DNA of 59,624 nucleotides. Source: Candidatus Dadabacteria bacterium (GTDB taxonomy: Bacteria; Desulfobacterota_D; UBA1144; Nemesobacterales; CSP1-2). The stretch spans positions 40,892 to 100,515 of the forward strand of contig PSLL01000009.1 in the NCBI GenBank assembly GCA_040289575.1, in the 5' to 3' direction. This document shows positions 7,949 through 18,871 of this stretch, piece by piece. How positions within the stretch are numbered: position 1 is the first letter of the stretch; the number at the start of each line of letters is the position of its first letter. A model generated the notes under the pieces. The model saw only the letters and a list, made by a program, of their open reading frames with translations, did no database searches and was not told where the DNA came from. The position numbers were made by a program, and so were the translations under genes.

Positions 7949-8115
7949 TAAGTCATCTATTTATGCCACTCTTTTATAGACTAAGGTCTTAAAGATTATA
8001 AGGAGCTGATGATAAGAATCCTCTTTAGCTACGGTCTAATTAAGATAAAAACCAAACTTACAGACAGTTGATAAAATTTGATATGGCCTCATATGGATTG
8101 TAAAATCTTTGACCT

Positions 8116-8571
8116 ATGAAAGCCATGCATGCACTCATGATAGAGGAAATGAGACCGTCGGACCTCGATGAGATAATGCTAATTGAGGAGGCGTGCTTCC
8201 CTACACCATGGCCAAGACAGGTGTTTGATATGGAGCTAAAATCCCCTCGCTCCTTTGTTCGTGTCACAAGGCTCAACGGCGTGATTGTAGGCTATATCGT
8301 CGCATGGATGGTATGCGATGAAATACACATACTCAATATCGCCGTTCATCCAGACTTTAGAAGGATGGGCATAGGGGAAAGCATGATGAGATACTGTCTT
8401 GATCATTTTCTCACAAAAGGCGCAAAATATGCAATACTAGAGGTCAGGCGCGGAAACACCGGGGCAAAGAGACTTTATGAAAAACTGGGGTTTAAATCTG
8501 TTGGTATAAGACGCGGATATTATGTGGATACAGGAGAAGACGCAATTGTAATGATGCTTTCTATGAAGTAG
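8116..8571 (+). CDS. rimI: Ribosomal protein S18 alanine N-acetyltransferase (GNAT)
   Basis: IEEACFPTPW, HILNIAVHPDFRRMGIG, LEVRRGN, RRGYY...EDAIVM. Confidence 0.92.
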   Translation: MKAMHALMIEEMRPSDLDEIMLIEEACFPTPWPRQVFDMELKSPRSFVRVTRLNGVIVGYIVAWMVCDEIHILNIAVHPDFRRMGIGESMMRYCLDHFLTKGAKYAILEVRRGNTGAKRLYEKLGFKSVGIRRGYYVDTGEDAIVMMLSMK

Positions 8572-8595
8572 GAGCGACCCGGCGGGTGCCCTCAC
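8568..8595 (+). repeat. GTAG-type REP-like palindrome (degenerate)
   Basis: GTAGGAGCGACCCGGCGGGTGCCCTCAC between convergent rimI and mutase; GTAG overlaps the rimI TAG. Confidence 0.6.
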
Positions 8596-8600
8596 AAGGA

Positions 8601-10241
8601 TTATCCCGCTACAGTCCCACCAACTCTATATCTTCCATAAACCTTCTCAAGCGTCATACTCATCTCGCCTATAGTAGCGTAATCTCTTACAGCCTCTACT
8701 ATGTACGGCATGAGATTCTCATTGCCCCTTGCCGCCTCTTCAAGTCTCCTGAGGTCGGCTCTTACTTTATCGTTGTCCCTTTGGCTTCTTAATCTCTTAA
8801 GCCTCTCCATTTTAATCGCTTCAATCTGTGGATTGATTTTATGAATCTCAACCGGCTCCTCGTTTGAATTTATATATTCGTTTACGCCAACAATTATCCT
8901 CTCCTTTTTCTCCACCTCGCGCTGATACCTGTACGAAGCCTCTTCAATCTCATGATTGATGTACCCCTCCTCAATACACCTTATAGTCCCGCCTCTTTTA
9001 TCAATCTGTTCGATATATTTGACAGCTTCTTCCTCTATCTTATTCGTAAGTGCCTCTATGCAGTACGAGCCTGCAAGCGGGTCTATTGTATCGCCCACGC
9101 CACTCTCATAGGCAATAATCTGCTGCGTGCGAAGGGCAATCGTTGCTGCCTCTTCCGATGGCAGCGCTAGGGCTTCATCGAATGAATTTGTATGAAGTGA
9201 TTGAGTTCCTCCAAGAACCGAGGCGAGGGCTTGAATGGTTACCCTCATAATGTTATTTCTCGGCTGCTGTGCGGTAAGTGTAACGCCAGAGGTTTGCGAA
9301 TGGAATCTGAGCATACAGGCTCTATCGTTTTTTGCCCCAAATCTCTCCTTCATAATCCTCGCCCAGAGTCTCCGCGCCGCACGGAATTTGGCTATCTCTT
9401 CAAGAAAGTTATTATGGACGGCAAAGAAAAACGACACCCTCTCTGCGATTTTCTCAACATCAAGCCTCCTTGCTTTTGCATGCTCAAGATACTCAATCGC
9501 ATCCGCAAGAGTAAAAGCCACTTCCTGAACCGCTGTAGAGCCGGCCTCGCGCATGTGATAGCCGCTTACACTTATCGGATTCCATTTGGGTATTCTATCG
9601 TGGCAATACTCCATAATATCTATAGTGATCTTTACAGAATCCCTTGGAGGAAATATATAAGTCCCCCTTGCTATAAACTCCTTAAGCAGGTCGTTTTGAA
9701 CCGTGCCCTGAATCCTATCGGGGCTGACGCCCTGCTTTTCGGCAGCCACCATATACATCGCAAGTAGCATTGAAGCTGTGGCGTTTATTGTCATAGATGT
9801 GCTTACTTCACCGAGGGGAATCTTGTCGAAAAGAATCTCCATATCTTCCAGCGAATCTATTGCGACGCCGACTCTTCCTACTTCACCCCTACTCATCGGA
9901 TGGTCGGAGTCGTACCCCATCTGCGTTGGAAGGTCGAAGGCAACACTAAGACCGGTTTGTCCCTGATCGAGGAGATATCTAAACCTTTCATTGGTTTCCT
10001 CAGCCGTGCCAAATCCTGCATATTGTCGCATTGTCCAGAGCCTTCCACGATACATCGTGGATTGAACCCCGCGTGTAAATGGATACTCACCCGGGTATCC
10101 GAGATCCCGCTCGTAATCAAGGCCTTCTATATCCTCAGGTGCATAGAGCCTATCAAGAACTATGCCGGATGGGGTACGAAATTCATTTTGCCGCTCCTTT
10201 GCTTTTATCTGTTTTTCCCATTCTTTCTTTTTTCTTGACAT
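8601..10241 (-). CDS. Methylmalonyl-CoA mutase, substrate-binding (large) subunit of a split enzyme
   Basis: [19 protein letters not shown] (Tyr specificity residue), [24 protein letters not shown]. No B12-binding DxHxxG domain. Confidence 0.93.
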   Translation of the reverse strand: MSRKKKEWEKQIKAKERQNEFRTPSGIVLDRLYAPEDIEGLDYERDLGYPGEYPFTRGVQSTMYRGRLWTMRQYAGFGTAEETNERFRYLLDQGQTGLSVAFDLPTQMGYDSDHPMSRGEVGRVGVAIDSLEDMEILFDKIPLGEVSTSMTINATASMLLAMYMVAAEKQGVSPDRIQGTVQNDLLKEFIARGTYIFPPRDSVKITIDIMEYCHDRIPKWNPISVSGYHMREAGSTAVQEVAFTLADAIEYLEHAKARRLDVEKIAERVSFFFAVHNNFLEEIAKFRAARRLWARIMKERFGAKNDRACMLRFHSQTSGVTLTAQQPRNNIMRVTIQALASVLGGTQSLHTNSFDEALALPSEEAATIALRTQQIIAYESGVGDTIDPLAGSYCIEALTNKIEEEAVKYIEQIDKRGGTIRCIEEGYINHEIEEASYRYQREVEKKERIIVGVNEYINSNEEPVEIHKINPQIEAIKMERLKRLRSQRDNDKVRADLRRLEEAARGNENLMPYIVEAVRDYATIGEMSMTLEKVYGRYRVGGTVAG

Positions 10242-10329
10242 AGCTTATATTCCTCTCAAAGAATGCGATTCTGTGTCTTAGACAAACTAAAGGTTATTTT
10301 GTGACATAATACAGTTTTTCTCAAATTAA

Positions 10330-11310
10330 CTATGCTCTCCTCTCTACTACATAATCCGTGAGCAAATCAAGCGATCTCTTAAAGGCATTTGCCGGAAGGT
10401 TTAATATGGCTTCCTTTGCTTTGCCCGCAAACTCCCTTGCTGCAGCCTTTGTTCTTTCAACCCCCCTATATTTCTCTACAAGACTGAAAACAAAGTTGAG
10501 TTCCTCCCTCTTAAAACCATCGTTTTGAAGGATCTCCGCCACCTGAGACCTCTCTCTGTTTGAAGCACCTTTTAAGGCATAAACAAGAGGCAATGTTATT
10601 TTCCCCTCATTTAAATCCTGACCTACGGTTTTTCCAAATTCTCCCCCAACCGCACAGTAGTCAAGCGCATCGTCTATAAGCTGAAAGGCAATTCCCAGAT
10701 TAAGCCCATACTCTCCGAGCATGTCCTTTATATCTTTCGGTGCCCCGGCAAGAATTGCCCCTACACGTCCGCAACTCTCAATTAGAGATGCGGTCTTATT
10801 CTCTATAACGTCAAAGCAAACCTTTTCGGATACCTCTATAATCTTTTTTTCACTCATAATCTCAATTACCTGCCCTTCAGCCATCTTTGCCGCCGCACCG
10901 GTTACGGCTTTTATGAGTTCCAGATTCCCACATGACTGTATCAAACCAAGGGCGCGGGCAAGCATAAAGTCCCCTACAAGCACGCTCGCCTCATTCCCCC
11001 AAATCACATTCGATGCCGTCTTTCCGCGTCTGAGAGCCGCACCGTCTACAACATCATCATGAAGAAGCGTAGCCGTATGGATTAGCTCAAGCGCCGCGGC
11101 GGAGTACATCCTTTCTTTTCCCCCTATCAGGCCACACGCGCCTGCGGAAAGAAGGAGAACAGAAGGACGGAACCTTTTTCCTCCGCTTCCTAGAATGTAT
11201 TTTGAGATTTCATAGACAAGGGGAACCGAAGATGTAATATTCTCTTCAATCTCCTTTTCAACCTCTTCCAAATCATGGGCTATTATTTCGATAATTTCAG
11301 AGAGTTCCAT
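10330..11310 (-). CDS. ispB: Long-chain polyprenyl diphosphate synthase
   Basis: GGKRFRP, first DDVVD, KT, second FQLIDDALD, GKITLP. Confidence 0.88.
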   Translation of the reverse strand: MELSEIIEIIAHDLEEVEKEIEENITSSVPLVYEISKYILGSGGKRFRPSVLLLSAGACGLIGGKERMYSAAALELIHTATLLHDDVVDGAALRRGKTASNVIWGNEASVLVGDFMLARALGLIQSCGNLELIKAVTGAAAKMAEGQVIEIMSEKKIIEVSEKVCFDVIENKTASLIESCGRVGAILAGAPKDIKDMLGEYGLNLGIAFQLIDDALDYCAVGGEFGKTVGQDLNEGKITLPLVYALKGASNRERSQVAEILQNDGFKREELNFVFSLVEKYRGVERTKAAAREFAGKAKEAILNLPANAFKRSLDLLTDYVVERRA

Positions 11311-11320
11311 TCCCTCTTAA

Positions 11321-11493
11321 ATTATCTGAAGGAGCCGGATAAGTCAAAATAAATATAAATCTGGTCAATGGATTCACAGGCGGCAAATGGGCAAAGCTGC
11401 CCTTTACCGCCCATACTAATTGTCCCTCGAATCCGTCCCATAACTGTAAATTTTTGATCACCGCAACCAGCTTTGATTTACAAATCAGATAAT
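11321..11493. other. Nested inverted repeats in divergent intergenic region (possible structured RNA)
   Basis: attatctga/tcagataat (9 bp), ctggt/accag, ggattc/gaatcc, ggcgg/ccgcc, gggca/tgccc. Confidence 0.35.
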
Positions 11494-11511
11494 GTATATT
11501 CAATCCAGATA

Positions 11512-14500
11512 ATGGTTCCCCTAAGACTCTTTTTAGAGAATTTTTTAAGCTATGGTGAGGAAGTAGCGCCCGAACGCAGGACGCTTGATTTTAGAGGATT
11601 TACCGTAGCCTGTCTTTCGGGAAAAAACGGCCACGGGAAATCCGCTCTCCTTGATGCCCTCACGTGGGCGTTATGGGGAGAATGCAGAGCTAGAAACAAA
11701 GAAGAGATAATAAAGCGCGGTGCTAAAAAAGCTATGGTTGATCTTGAATTCGACCTCGATGGAAATCGCTACTGGGTTCGAAGAACTATAAAGAGAAAAA
11801 AGGGATTCGGCACATCAACAGAGGTTGATCTTCAGGTGTTTGACGCAAGCACCGGAAGTTTTAGGGCACTTGCAGAGGATGGTAGAACCCAGGATACAAT
11901 TGAGAAAATACTAAAAATGGATTATGACTCCTTTATCTGTTCGTCTTTCATCCTTCAGGGAAGAGCAGATGAATTTACGAAGAAAACACCTGGAGAAAGA
12001 AAAGAGATTTTGGGAAGGATTCTGGAGCTTGAAAGATATGAAGAGCTTGGGAAAAGATCGAGAGAGTTAGCTCAAAAATCAAGGCTTGAGGCGGAATCGG
12101 CAGAAAGGGAAATAAACCAGATGGAATCCGAAATCTCACAAAAAGCAAATCTGGAAATTAAGCTCAAAGAAACTAGAATGGAAGAGGAAAAAATCACGCT
12201 TGACCTCAGAGAAGCTGAAAGATTATATGAGGAAATCATAAGGGAACATGAATCCCTAAGGGCGAGAGCTGAAACCTATAGTCGGCTCGTTCAAGACAAA
12301 AGTGAAACTGAGGGGAAATGCAATAGATTGAAAGAAGAGTTGGAAAAATTAAATAGAGAAATAGAGAGAGATAGAGAATTTGTATCTAAGGGGGAAGAGA
12401 TTCTCCAGGGCTACAGGGAGTTTGAAAGGATAAGGAAGGAGGAGGAGATTTTATCAGAGAAGTTTATGCGACATAGAGACCTAGAAAAGAAACTTGAGGA
12501 AACCAAACATCTTATAAGCGATGAAAAATCCAAAATAGAGAAGAAAATAAGCTCCCTAACTGGCAGAAAGAAGGAGATTGAGAACAGGCTCACTCAAATA
12601 ATGAATCTACTAAAAAGAGAGGAAGAGGTTAAATCTAGATTTAGTGAATTCTTAGACACCGAGTCTCTCGAGAGGGATTTTGAGAAAAAAAGGAAAGCCT
12701 TAGAAAGGCTCAAGTCAAGACAAATGGAGATTGAATTGAGCATTGAGAGGATCAGACTTCCGATTGAGGCCCGAATTAAAGAGATTGAAGCCCGGATTAA
12801 AGAGCTCTCCCAAAGGGCAGAGGAGTCAGAAAGATTTAAAGGGGAATGTGAGAGATTAAAAGCCGAGATAAGAGCACGCCTTGAGATTCAGGCGCTGTGT
12901 GAAAATATGAGAGCAAGGCTAAAAGAAACAGGGGAGGAAAAGAAGGCTCTGATTTCGAGAAGATTGGAGATTGAAAAAAGGCAAAAAGAGGAGATGGAAA
13001 AGTTGAGGATTATTAAATCCGAAGCCGATAAGCCTCATTGCCCTCTATGCGAATCTCCACTCGGACAAGAAGCGAGAGATGCACTTATACAAAAGGTTGA
13101 GAAGTCGCTTCTGTACTTAAAGATTACACTAGAAGAAGAGAATAAGAGAATTAAGCAAATCGAAGAAGATGAAAAAAGACTTAGCGCCGAGATTAAAGCC
13201 GCAGAGTCGGATATAAGAGATCTCCCTGATCTGAACAAACAACTCGGTCAGAGGGAAAAGGGTCTTGAAGACTCTATTTCAGCTATCAATGACTTAGAAT
13301 TGGCTAAAATAGAGTTAAGTAAAAATATAATCGAAGAAGAGAATTCTGTAGTTGAATTTCGAAGAGAGCTTAATGAATTAAACCAAGAGATAATAATGAC
13401 GGCTTACGACGAGAAAGACCATAAGGAAATAAAACATAAGCTCGAATTGCTGAGGGAGTCCCAATCAGAGTACAGACGCCTTGAAGATGCAAGAGTGAGC
13501 AAGGATGAAACCGAGAACCAAATTGCAAGTATTGAAGTCGAGATCGCCTTACTTACTAAAATCCTAACCGAAGGTCTCTTTGCCAAACAGTACAGAGAAG
13601 AGGCTCTAGAGATTGAAAGGAAAATTAGAGAAACCGGATATGAGGAAGAAAAATACAAAGAATTAAAATCCAGACTTAAAAACCTGGAGGTATTTTCCAA
13701 AGAGAAAGAATACCTAGATAAGGCAAAAATAAATCTAACGCACAACAAAGAAAAGCGCGAAACCCTTGAAGAGCAAATGAACACCCAAATGGATAGGCTT
13801 AAAAAAATAGGCGAACAAATAAAAGATCTAGAAGGTGTAGTAAGCATAACTCAGATGCTTGAAGAACGGAGGAATTCGGTACAAAGAGAGGTTCTAAGGT
13901 TAAAAAAGGCTAAAGATGAGAAGCTCGAAGAGAAAGCCAGGATTATAAATGAAATCGAAAGAATCGCCAAACTCGAAAACAAAAAAGAAGAGATTCTCAA
14001 ACAAATAAAAAAACTTAAACATGATTCAATCGTATACCAGGAACTCGATAGGACTTTTGGAAAAAATGGAATCCAGGCACGCATAATAGAGGGGGCATTA
14101 GAGGAGATCGAAATAGAGGCAAACGAGGTTCTAAGAAAGCTTACGGACGGGAGTATGACACTTGAACTAGATGCACTAAAGCTCACTCAGAAAGGAAGCG
14201 AAAAAGAGACGCTTGAGATAAAGATCAGCGACTCATTCGGAACCAGGAGTTACGAGACCTTTTCAGGCGGAGAGGCATTTCGGATTGACTTTGCATTGAG
14301 AATTGCAATCTCAAAGTTCATCGCAAACTGCTCGGGAGCACAACTTAGAACCCTAGTAATTGACGAGGGATTCGGCACTCAGGACAAAGACGGACTCAAC
14401 CAATTCGTCCAGGTTATAAACGCGATAAAAGGTGACTTCGACAAGGTTATTATTATTACACACCTCGACGAACTGAAAGATAAATTCCCGGTAAGAATAG

Positions 14501-14553
14501 AGGTCACAAAGGAACCGGGAAGGGGGTCTGGATTTGAGATCATATATTCGTAA
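11512..14553 (+). CDS. sbcC: SbcC/Rad50 SMC-family ATPase
   Basis: Walker A GKNGHGKS, long coiled coil with CPLC zinc hook, signature FSGGE, Walker B IDEGFG, H-loop ITH. Start moved to MVPLRLFLENFLSY. Confidence 0.92.
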   Translation: MVPLRLFLENFLSYGEEVAPERRTLDFRGFTVACLSGKNGHGKSALLDALTWALWGECRARNKEEIIKRGAKKAMVDLEFDLDGNRYWVRRTIKRKKGFGTSTEVDLQVFDASTGSFRALAEDGRTQDTIEKILKMDYDSFICSSFILQGRADEFTKKTPGERKEILGRILELERYEELGKRSRELAQKSRLEAESAEREINQMESEISQKANLEIKLKETRMEEEKITLDLREAERLYEEIIREHESLRARAETYSRLVQDKSETEGKCNRLKEELEKLNREIERDREFVSKGEEILQGYREFERIRKEEEILSEKFMRHRDLEKKLEETKHLISDEKSKIEKKISSLTGRKKEIENRLTQIMNLLKREEEVKSRFSEFLDTESLERDFEKKRKALERLKSRQMEIELSIERIRLPIEARIKEIEARIKELSQRAEESERFKGECERLKAEIRARLEIQALCENMRARLKETGEEKKALISRRLEIEKRQKEEMEKLRIIKSEADKPHCPLCESPLGQEARDALIQKVEKSLLYLKITLEEENKRIKQIEEDEKRLSAEIKAAESDIRDLPDLNKQLGQREKGLEDSISAINDLELAKIELSKNIIEEENSVVEFRRELNELNQEIIMTAYDEKDHKEIKHKLELLRESQSEYRRLEDARVSKDETENQIASIEVEIALLTKILTEGLFAKQYREEALEIERKIRETGYEEEKYKELKSRLKNLEVFSKEKEYLDKAKINLTHNKEKRETLEEQMNTQMDRLKKIGEQIKDLEGVVSITQMLEERRNSVQREVLRLKKAKDEKLEEKARIINEIERIAKLENKKEEILKQIKKLKHDSIVYQELDRTFGKNGIQARIIEGALEEIEIEANEVLRKLTDGSMTLELDALKLTQKGSEKETLEIKISDSFGTRSYETFSGGEAFRIDFALRIAISKFIANCSGAQLRTLVIDEGFGTQDKDGLNQFVQVINAIKGDFDKVIIITHLDELKDKFPVRIEVTKEPGRGSGFEIIYS

Positions 14554-14578
14554 GGATTAAAATTAAACCCAAATCAAT

Positions 14579-15178
14579 ATGAACTGGCTGGACATAGGAA
14601 TCTCAATCGTAGTTGTTCTTTTTGCATTGATGGGACTGAGGGACGGGCTTGTCAAAGAGGTGGTTTCAATTGTCGCACTCGGCGGATCAATCATAGCGGG
14701 CGTGATGTTCTATCACTATGCCGGAGATCTGTTTATTCAATATAGCCTCGTAAAAAGTAGGGCTATAGCGAGCGCAGGCGGATTTATTGTCGTTATGTTT
14801 GTCGCCTACGTAGTGGTTAAACTAATAGGGCACGTGCTCAGTGGAGTTATAGGCGCTTTGCACCTCGGCTGGCTTGATAAAATGGGCGGAGGCACATTTG
14901 GCGCAGTAAAGGGAGTAATTATAGTTTTTCTCATAATATCGGCCGTAGGTCTCTTTTTCCGTGAAAATGGGCCTCTCTTTAGAAATTCCGTTCTCCTTCC
15001 ATATATAAACGAGGCTTTTTCGGATATAAAAAAAACTATCCCTAGAGATTTTGAAAAGAGGGTAGAAGCAGCAAAGAAACTCATTGAGAAAAATGGATTA
15101 AAACCGGCAATAGAAGAGGTGGAAAAAGCCAAAGAGACCATAAAACAAATTGATAAGAAAAAAGAATCAAAAAAGTAG
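14579..15178 (+). CDS. cvpA: CvpA family membrane protein
   Basis: MNWLDI...GLRDGLVKEV, four TM segments, LDKMGGGTFGAVKG. Confidence 0.88.
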   Translation: MNWLDIGISIVVVLFALMGLRDGLVKEVVSIVALGGSIIAGVMFYHYAGDLFIQYSLVKSRAIASAGGFIVVMFVAYVVVKLIGHVLSGVIGALHLGWLDKMGGGTFGAVKGVIIVFLIISAVGLFFRENGPLFRNSVLLPYINEAFSDIKKTIPRDFEKRVEAAKKLIEKNGLKPAIEEVEKAKETIKQIDKKKESKK

Positions 15179-15236
15179 ATCCAAACCTTTGCTAATTTAA
15201 TTTTTTGATTTAAAATAAGAAACGGGACTATTTAAT

Positions 15237-16256
15237 ATGATCGGCGTTGTAACATTAGATGAGTTCATTATACGAAAGCAAGAGGAAGAATCTCCTGATG
15301 CTAAGGGAGAATTATCTCGTTTACTAAGAGATATTGGTTTAGCGGCTAAGATTGTTAATAGAGAGGTAAATAAAGCCGGTTTAGTGGATATTTTAGGTAC
15401 TACGGGTACTACAAATGTTCAAGGCGAGGAAGTAAAAAAACTGGATGTTTTTGCCAATAAGCGATTTATAGCCGCTTTAAAATTGGGAGGAGAATGTTGC
15501 GGCATTGCCTCCGAGGAAAATGAGAACATCATAGTTATCGAAGATGAATTATCAAAGAACGCAAAATATATTGTTGCTCTAGACCCCCTAGATGGTTCTT
15601 CTAATATTGATGTTAATATCTCTGTTGGAACAATCTTTTCTATATACAGGCGCATTTCCTCAAGTGATACTTGTAATATGGATGATTTTCTTCAAAAAGG
15701 CTCAGAACAAGTTGCCGCGGGATATGTTATTTATGGTTCCTCTACAATGCTGGTTTATACAACGGGCAGAGGAGTGAATGGATTCACCTTAGACCCTTCA
15801 ATTGGTGAGTTTTGCCTTTCGCATCGCAACATGCAGATACCCAAAACGGGAAAAATCTATTCGATTAATCAGGGGAATTTCGTGAGTTTTCCGGAGGGCG
15901 TTAAGCAATACGTCAGATATTGTAAACAAGAAGATAAAGCCACTAAGCGCCCTTATTCATTAAGATACACCGGCTCAATGGTAGCGGATATTCACAGAAG
16001 CCTAATTGTTGGAGGTATTTTTATTTATCCCCCAACAAAAGACGCCCCTAATGGAAAGTTAAGGCTCTTGTATGAATGCAATCCCATGTCTTTTATTGTA
16101 GAGCAGGCAGGCGGCAGAGCCACAGATGGATTTCAACGCATCTTAGATATTCAACCAAAGGAACTGCATCAAAGAACCCCTATATTTATTGGCTCTGAAG
16201 AAATGGTTTTAAAAGCAGAAGAGTTTATGAGAGAATGCTCCTCTACTGCTTTTTAG
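15237..16256 (+). CDS. fbp: Fructose-1,6-bisphosphatase class 1
   Basis: [41 protein letters not shown]. Confidence 0.95.
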   Translation: MIGVVTLDEFIIRKQEEESPDAKGELSRLLRDIGLAAKIVNREVNKAGLVDILGTTGTTNVQGEEVKKLDVFANKRFIAALKLGGECCGIASEENENIIVIEDELSKNAKYIVALDPLDGSSNIDVNISVGTIFSIYRRISSSDTCNMDDFLQKGSEQVAAGYVIYGSSTMLVYTTGRGVNGFTLDPSIGEFCLSHRNMQIPKTGKIYSINQGNFVSFPEGVKQYVRYCKQEDKATKRPYSLRYTGSMVADIHRSLIVGGIFIYPPTKDAPNGKLRLLYECNPMSFIVEQAGGRATDGFQRILDIQPKELHQRTPIFIGSEEMVLKAEEFMRECSSTAF

Positions 16257-16457
16257 ATAACGCTCCATAAAATAAACAATATATATAATCCGTACGGGAA
16301 TTAGTATTAATCTATTACGGATACTTGACAAAAATATTTAGACACAGAGACAGTAATTGGCATTATGATCTCTTAGAAATCAAAAATAGAGGCAGCCAGA
16401 TAGTTTACCCTTAGGGTCTCACACAACAATCATCGGAGTTCACGTACAACCAAAAGT

Positions 16458-17540
16458 TCAGGCAACAGTTATATCTTTATTCAGATATACATCCTGTATG
16501 GCGTTTAGTAGCTCTACACCCTCTTTCATATCCTTTTGGAAGGATTTTCGACCGGAAATAAGTCCCATGCCACCGGCCCTTTTGTTTATTATTGCTGTAC
16601 GCACCGCGGAGGCAAGGTCATTCTTTCCAGACTCACCACCAGAATTAATCAGACCAGCTCGTCCCATGTAACAATTGATAACCTGATATCGTGTCAGGTC
16701 AATCGGGTGACTTGAGGTTAATTCTGTATAAACCCTGTCATCGGTTTTCCCAAATTTTAGGGCTTTAAAACCACCGTTATTTTCAGCCTGTTTTTGTTTA
16801 ACAATATCCGCTTCGATCGTCGCACTCAGGTGATTCGCCTGTCCGGTTAAATCCGCCGACAGATGATAATCCGTATCGCCGACCTTAAAGGCGGGATTCC
16901 TTAAATAAGCCCAGAGTATAGTAACCAATCCTAGGCGATGGGCATGGTGAAAGACCTTTGACACCTCCTGAATCTGACGGCTGCTCTCAGGTGAACCGAA
17001 ATATATCGTCGCCCCAACCGCAATGGCCCCCATTTCAAAGGCCTGGTCAACGCTTGCAAAAAGAATCTGATCGTATTTGTTCGGGTACGTAAGAAATTCA
17101 TTATGGTTGATTTTTACAATAAACGGGATTTTATGGGCGTATCTTCTCGCAACAGAACCCAAAACCCCAAGTGTAGAGGCAACGGCGTTACATCCGCCCT
17201 CGATTGCCAGCTTCACAATGTTTTCAGGATCAAAGTAGATAGGGTTGGGAGCAAAAGAAGCACCTGCCGAATGCTCTACACCTTGATCTACAGGCAATAT
17301 TGACAGGTATCCGGTGCCTGCCAGACGGCCGGTATTAAAGAGAAGTTGCATATTTCTTAGAACCGTCGGAGAACGATCCGATGGAATCAGCACTTCATCC
17401 ACAAATGAAGGCCCGGGCAGATGCAGGTGTTCTTTTGTAATTGTTTTACACGTATGGCTCAGGAGATTATCCGCCTCATCCTTTCCCAATAATTCATCTA
17501 TCCAATCCGTACTGGTCTCTAATATTTTAATTTTTGCCAT
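16458..17540 (-). CDS. fbaB: Class I fructose-bisphosphate aldolase (DhnA/FbaB)
   Basis: [35 protein letters not shown]. Confidence 0.93.
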   Translation of the reverse strand: MAKIKILETSTDWIDELLGKDEADNLLSHTCKTITKEHLHLPGPSFVDEVLIPSDRSPTVLRNMQLLFNTGRLAGTGYLSILPVDQGVEHSAGASFAPNPIYFDPENIVKLAIEGGCNAVASTLGVLGSVARRYAHKIPFIVKINHNEFLTYPNKYDQILFASVDQAFEMGAIAVGATIYFGSPESSRQIQEVSKVFHHAHRLGLVTILWAYLRNPAFKVGDTDYHLSADLTGQANHLSATIEADIVKQKQAENNGGFKALKFGKTDDRVYTELTSSHPIDLTRYQVINCYMGRAGLINSGGESGKNDLASAVRTAIINKRAGGMGLISGRKSFQKDMKEGVELLNAIQDVYLNKDITVA

Positions 17541-17591
17541 TTCTTCTACCCCCTTATTCAGTCACGAAAGAGCAACGGTTTTAGCACTTTA

Positions 17592-17619
17592 TCAATCAGC
17601 AATCAACTCTCAGTTTTCT
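17592..17619. repeat. Degenerate heptamer tandem repeat
   Basis: TCAATCA GCAATCA ACTCTCA GTTTTCT between pgk and fbaB. Confidence 0.3.
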
Positions 17620-17665
17620 ATATTTCACTGACAGTCAATGACTTCTTCACCGTTCCGTGACCGAA

Positions 17666-18871
17666 TTAATTATTGTTATACTGTTTCTTATCATTCAAAA
17701 CAGAAATTCCAGGAAGCTCCTCACCGCCTAGAAACTCAAGCGAGGCACCGCCGCCTGTAGAGATATGTATTATCTCAGAATCCAATACCTCGGCCTTCCT
17801 TATTGCAGCAATGGTTTCTCCACCCCCTACCACAGTGGTACTTCCACGCCATGTAGCGAGCGCAACGGCGCGTGCTATGTGCACTGTACCTGCTGAGAAA
17901 TCATCCACTTCGAAAACCCCCATGGGGCCGTTCCAGAAAATAGATCCTGTGTCCTTAATCTCAGATGTATATTTAGCTACCGTCTTAGGTCCAATATCAA
18001 ATCCCCTAAACTCTTCAGGTATTTCCTGATCCACAACCATACGAGTTCTTCTCTTTTCAAGGCTCTCTGCAACCACATGGTCAATAGGGAGAAAAATCTT
18101 CTTCTCATATTTTAGGAGTGCATCTTTTGTCCAGTCCATCATCTCATCCTCCGTTATTGAGCCTCCTATATTTATGCCCTTTGCTTTAAGAAATGTATAT
18201 GCCACTCCGCCTCCAATAAGAACCTTGTCGGCTTTTTCAATCAGGTTCTTTAGGGCGGTGATTTTATCCTTGATCTTCGCTCCGCCCACAATCACAACAA
18301 AGGGATGTTCGGGATTATCGCGAAGCTTCGTAAGAAATTTCAACTCCCTATGAACAAGGAATCCAGCCAACCTCAAATCAAAATAGAGCGCCATCCCATA
18401 AGTAGAAGCGTGTCTTCTATGGGAAGTTCCGAATGCGTCATTTACATAAATATCTGCAAGAGATGCCAGGTCTTTTGAAAACTCAGGGTTATTGTCCGTC
18501 TCTTCTCTATGAAATCTCAGATTCTCAAGGAGCATTACCTCCGATTCTTGAAGCCCATCTACGGTTGCCTTATCTCTAATACCATCTTCCATGAACCTCA
18601 CTGGCTTTCCGAGAAGTTCAGACAGACGCAAAGAAACCGGTTTCATAGAGAGATCTGGTACGACCCGTCCTCTGGGTCTTCCGAGGTGAGAGCCGAGAAT
18701 TACCTTTGCCCCTCTTTGTGTAAGATAATCAATTGTGGGAATCGTCCTTCTGATTCTGTAGTCTTCGCTTATGATCCCATCCTTTATAGGCACATTAAAG
18801 TCGACTCTTACAAACACACGCTTCCCCTCAAATTCAGAGTCGGGCAGATCGGATACAACCATTTTTGACAT
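17666..18871 (-). CDS. pgk: Phosphoglycerate kinase
   Basis: VRVDFNVP, SHLGRP, LLENLRF, NDAFG, GGAKIKDK, WNGPMGVFE, HISTGGGASLE. Confidence 0.96.
   Translation of the reverse strand: MSKMVVSDLPDSEFEGKRVFVRVDFNVPIKDGIISEDYRIRRTIPTIDYLTQRGAKVILGSHLGRPRGRVVPDLSMKPVSLRLSELLGKPVRFMEDGIRDKATVDGLQESEVMLLENLRFHREETDNNPEFSKDLASLADIYVNDAFGTSHRRHASTYGMALYFDLRLAGFLVHRELKFLTKLRDNPEHPFVVIVGGAKIKDKITALKNLIEKADKVLIGGGVAYTFLKAKGINIGGSITEDEMMDWTKDALLKYEKKIFLPIDHVVAESLEKRRTRMVVDQEIPEEFRGFDIGPKTVAKYTSEIKDTGSIFWNGPMGVFEVDDFSAGTVHIARAVALATWRGSTTVVGGGETIAAIRKAEVLDSEIIHISTGGGASLEFLGGEELPGISVLNDKKQYNNN

Noticed and set aside
8601-10241. Isobutyryl-CoA or other acyl-CoA mutase
   Set aside because: RQYAGF carries Tyr, the methylmalonyl-CoA signature, not Phe or Ile.
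11419-11440. Cobalamin riboswitch for the B12-dependent mutase
   Set aside because: Only a fragment resembles the core, it is on the wrong strand, and the other conserved elements are absent.
16325-16330. TTGACA as an antisense promoter to fbaB
   Set aside because: No -10 hexamer at 16-18 nt spacing.
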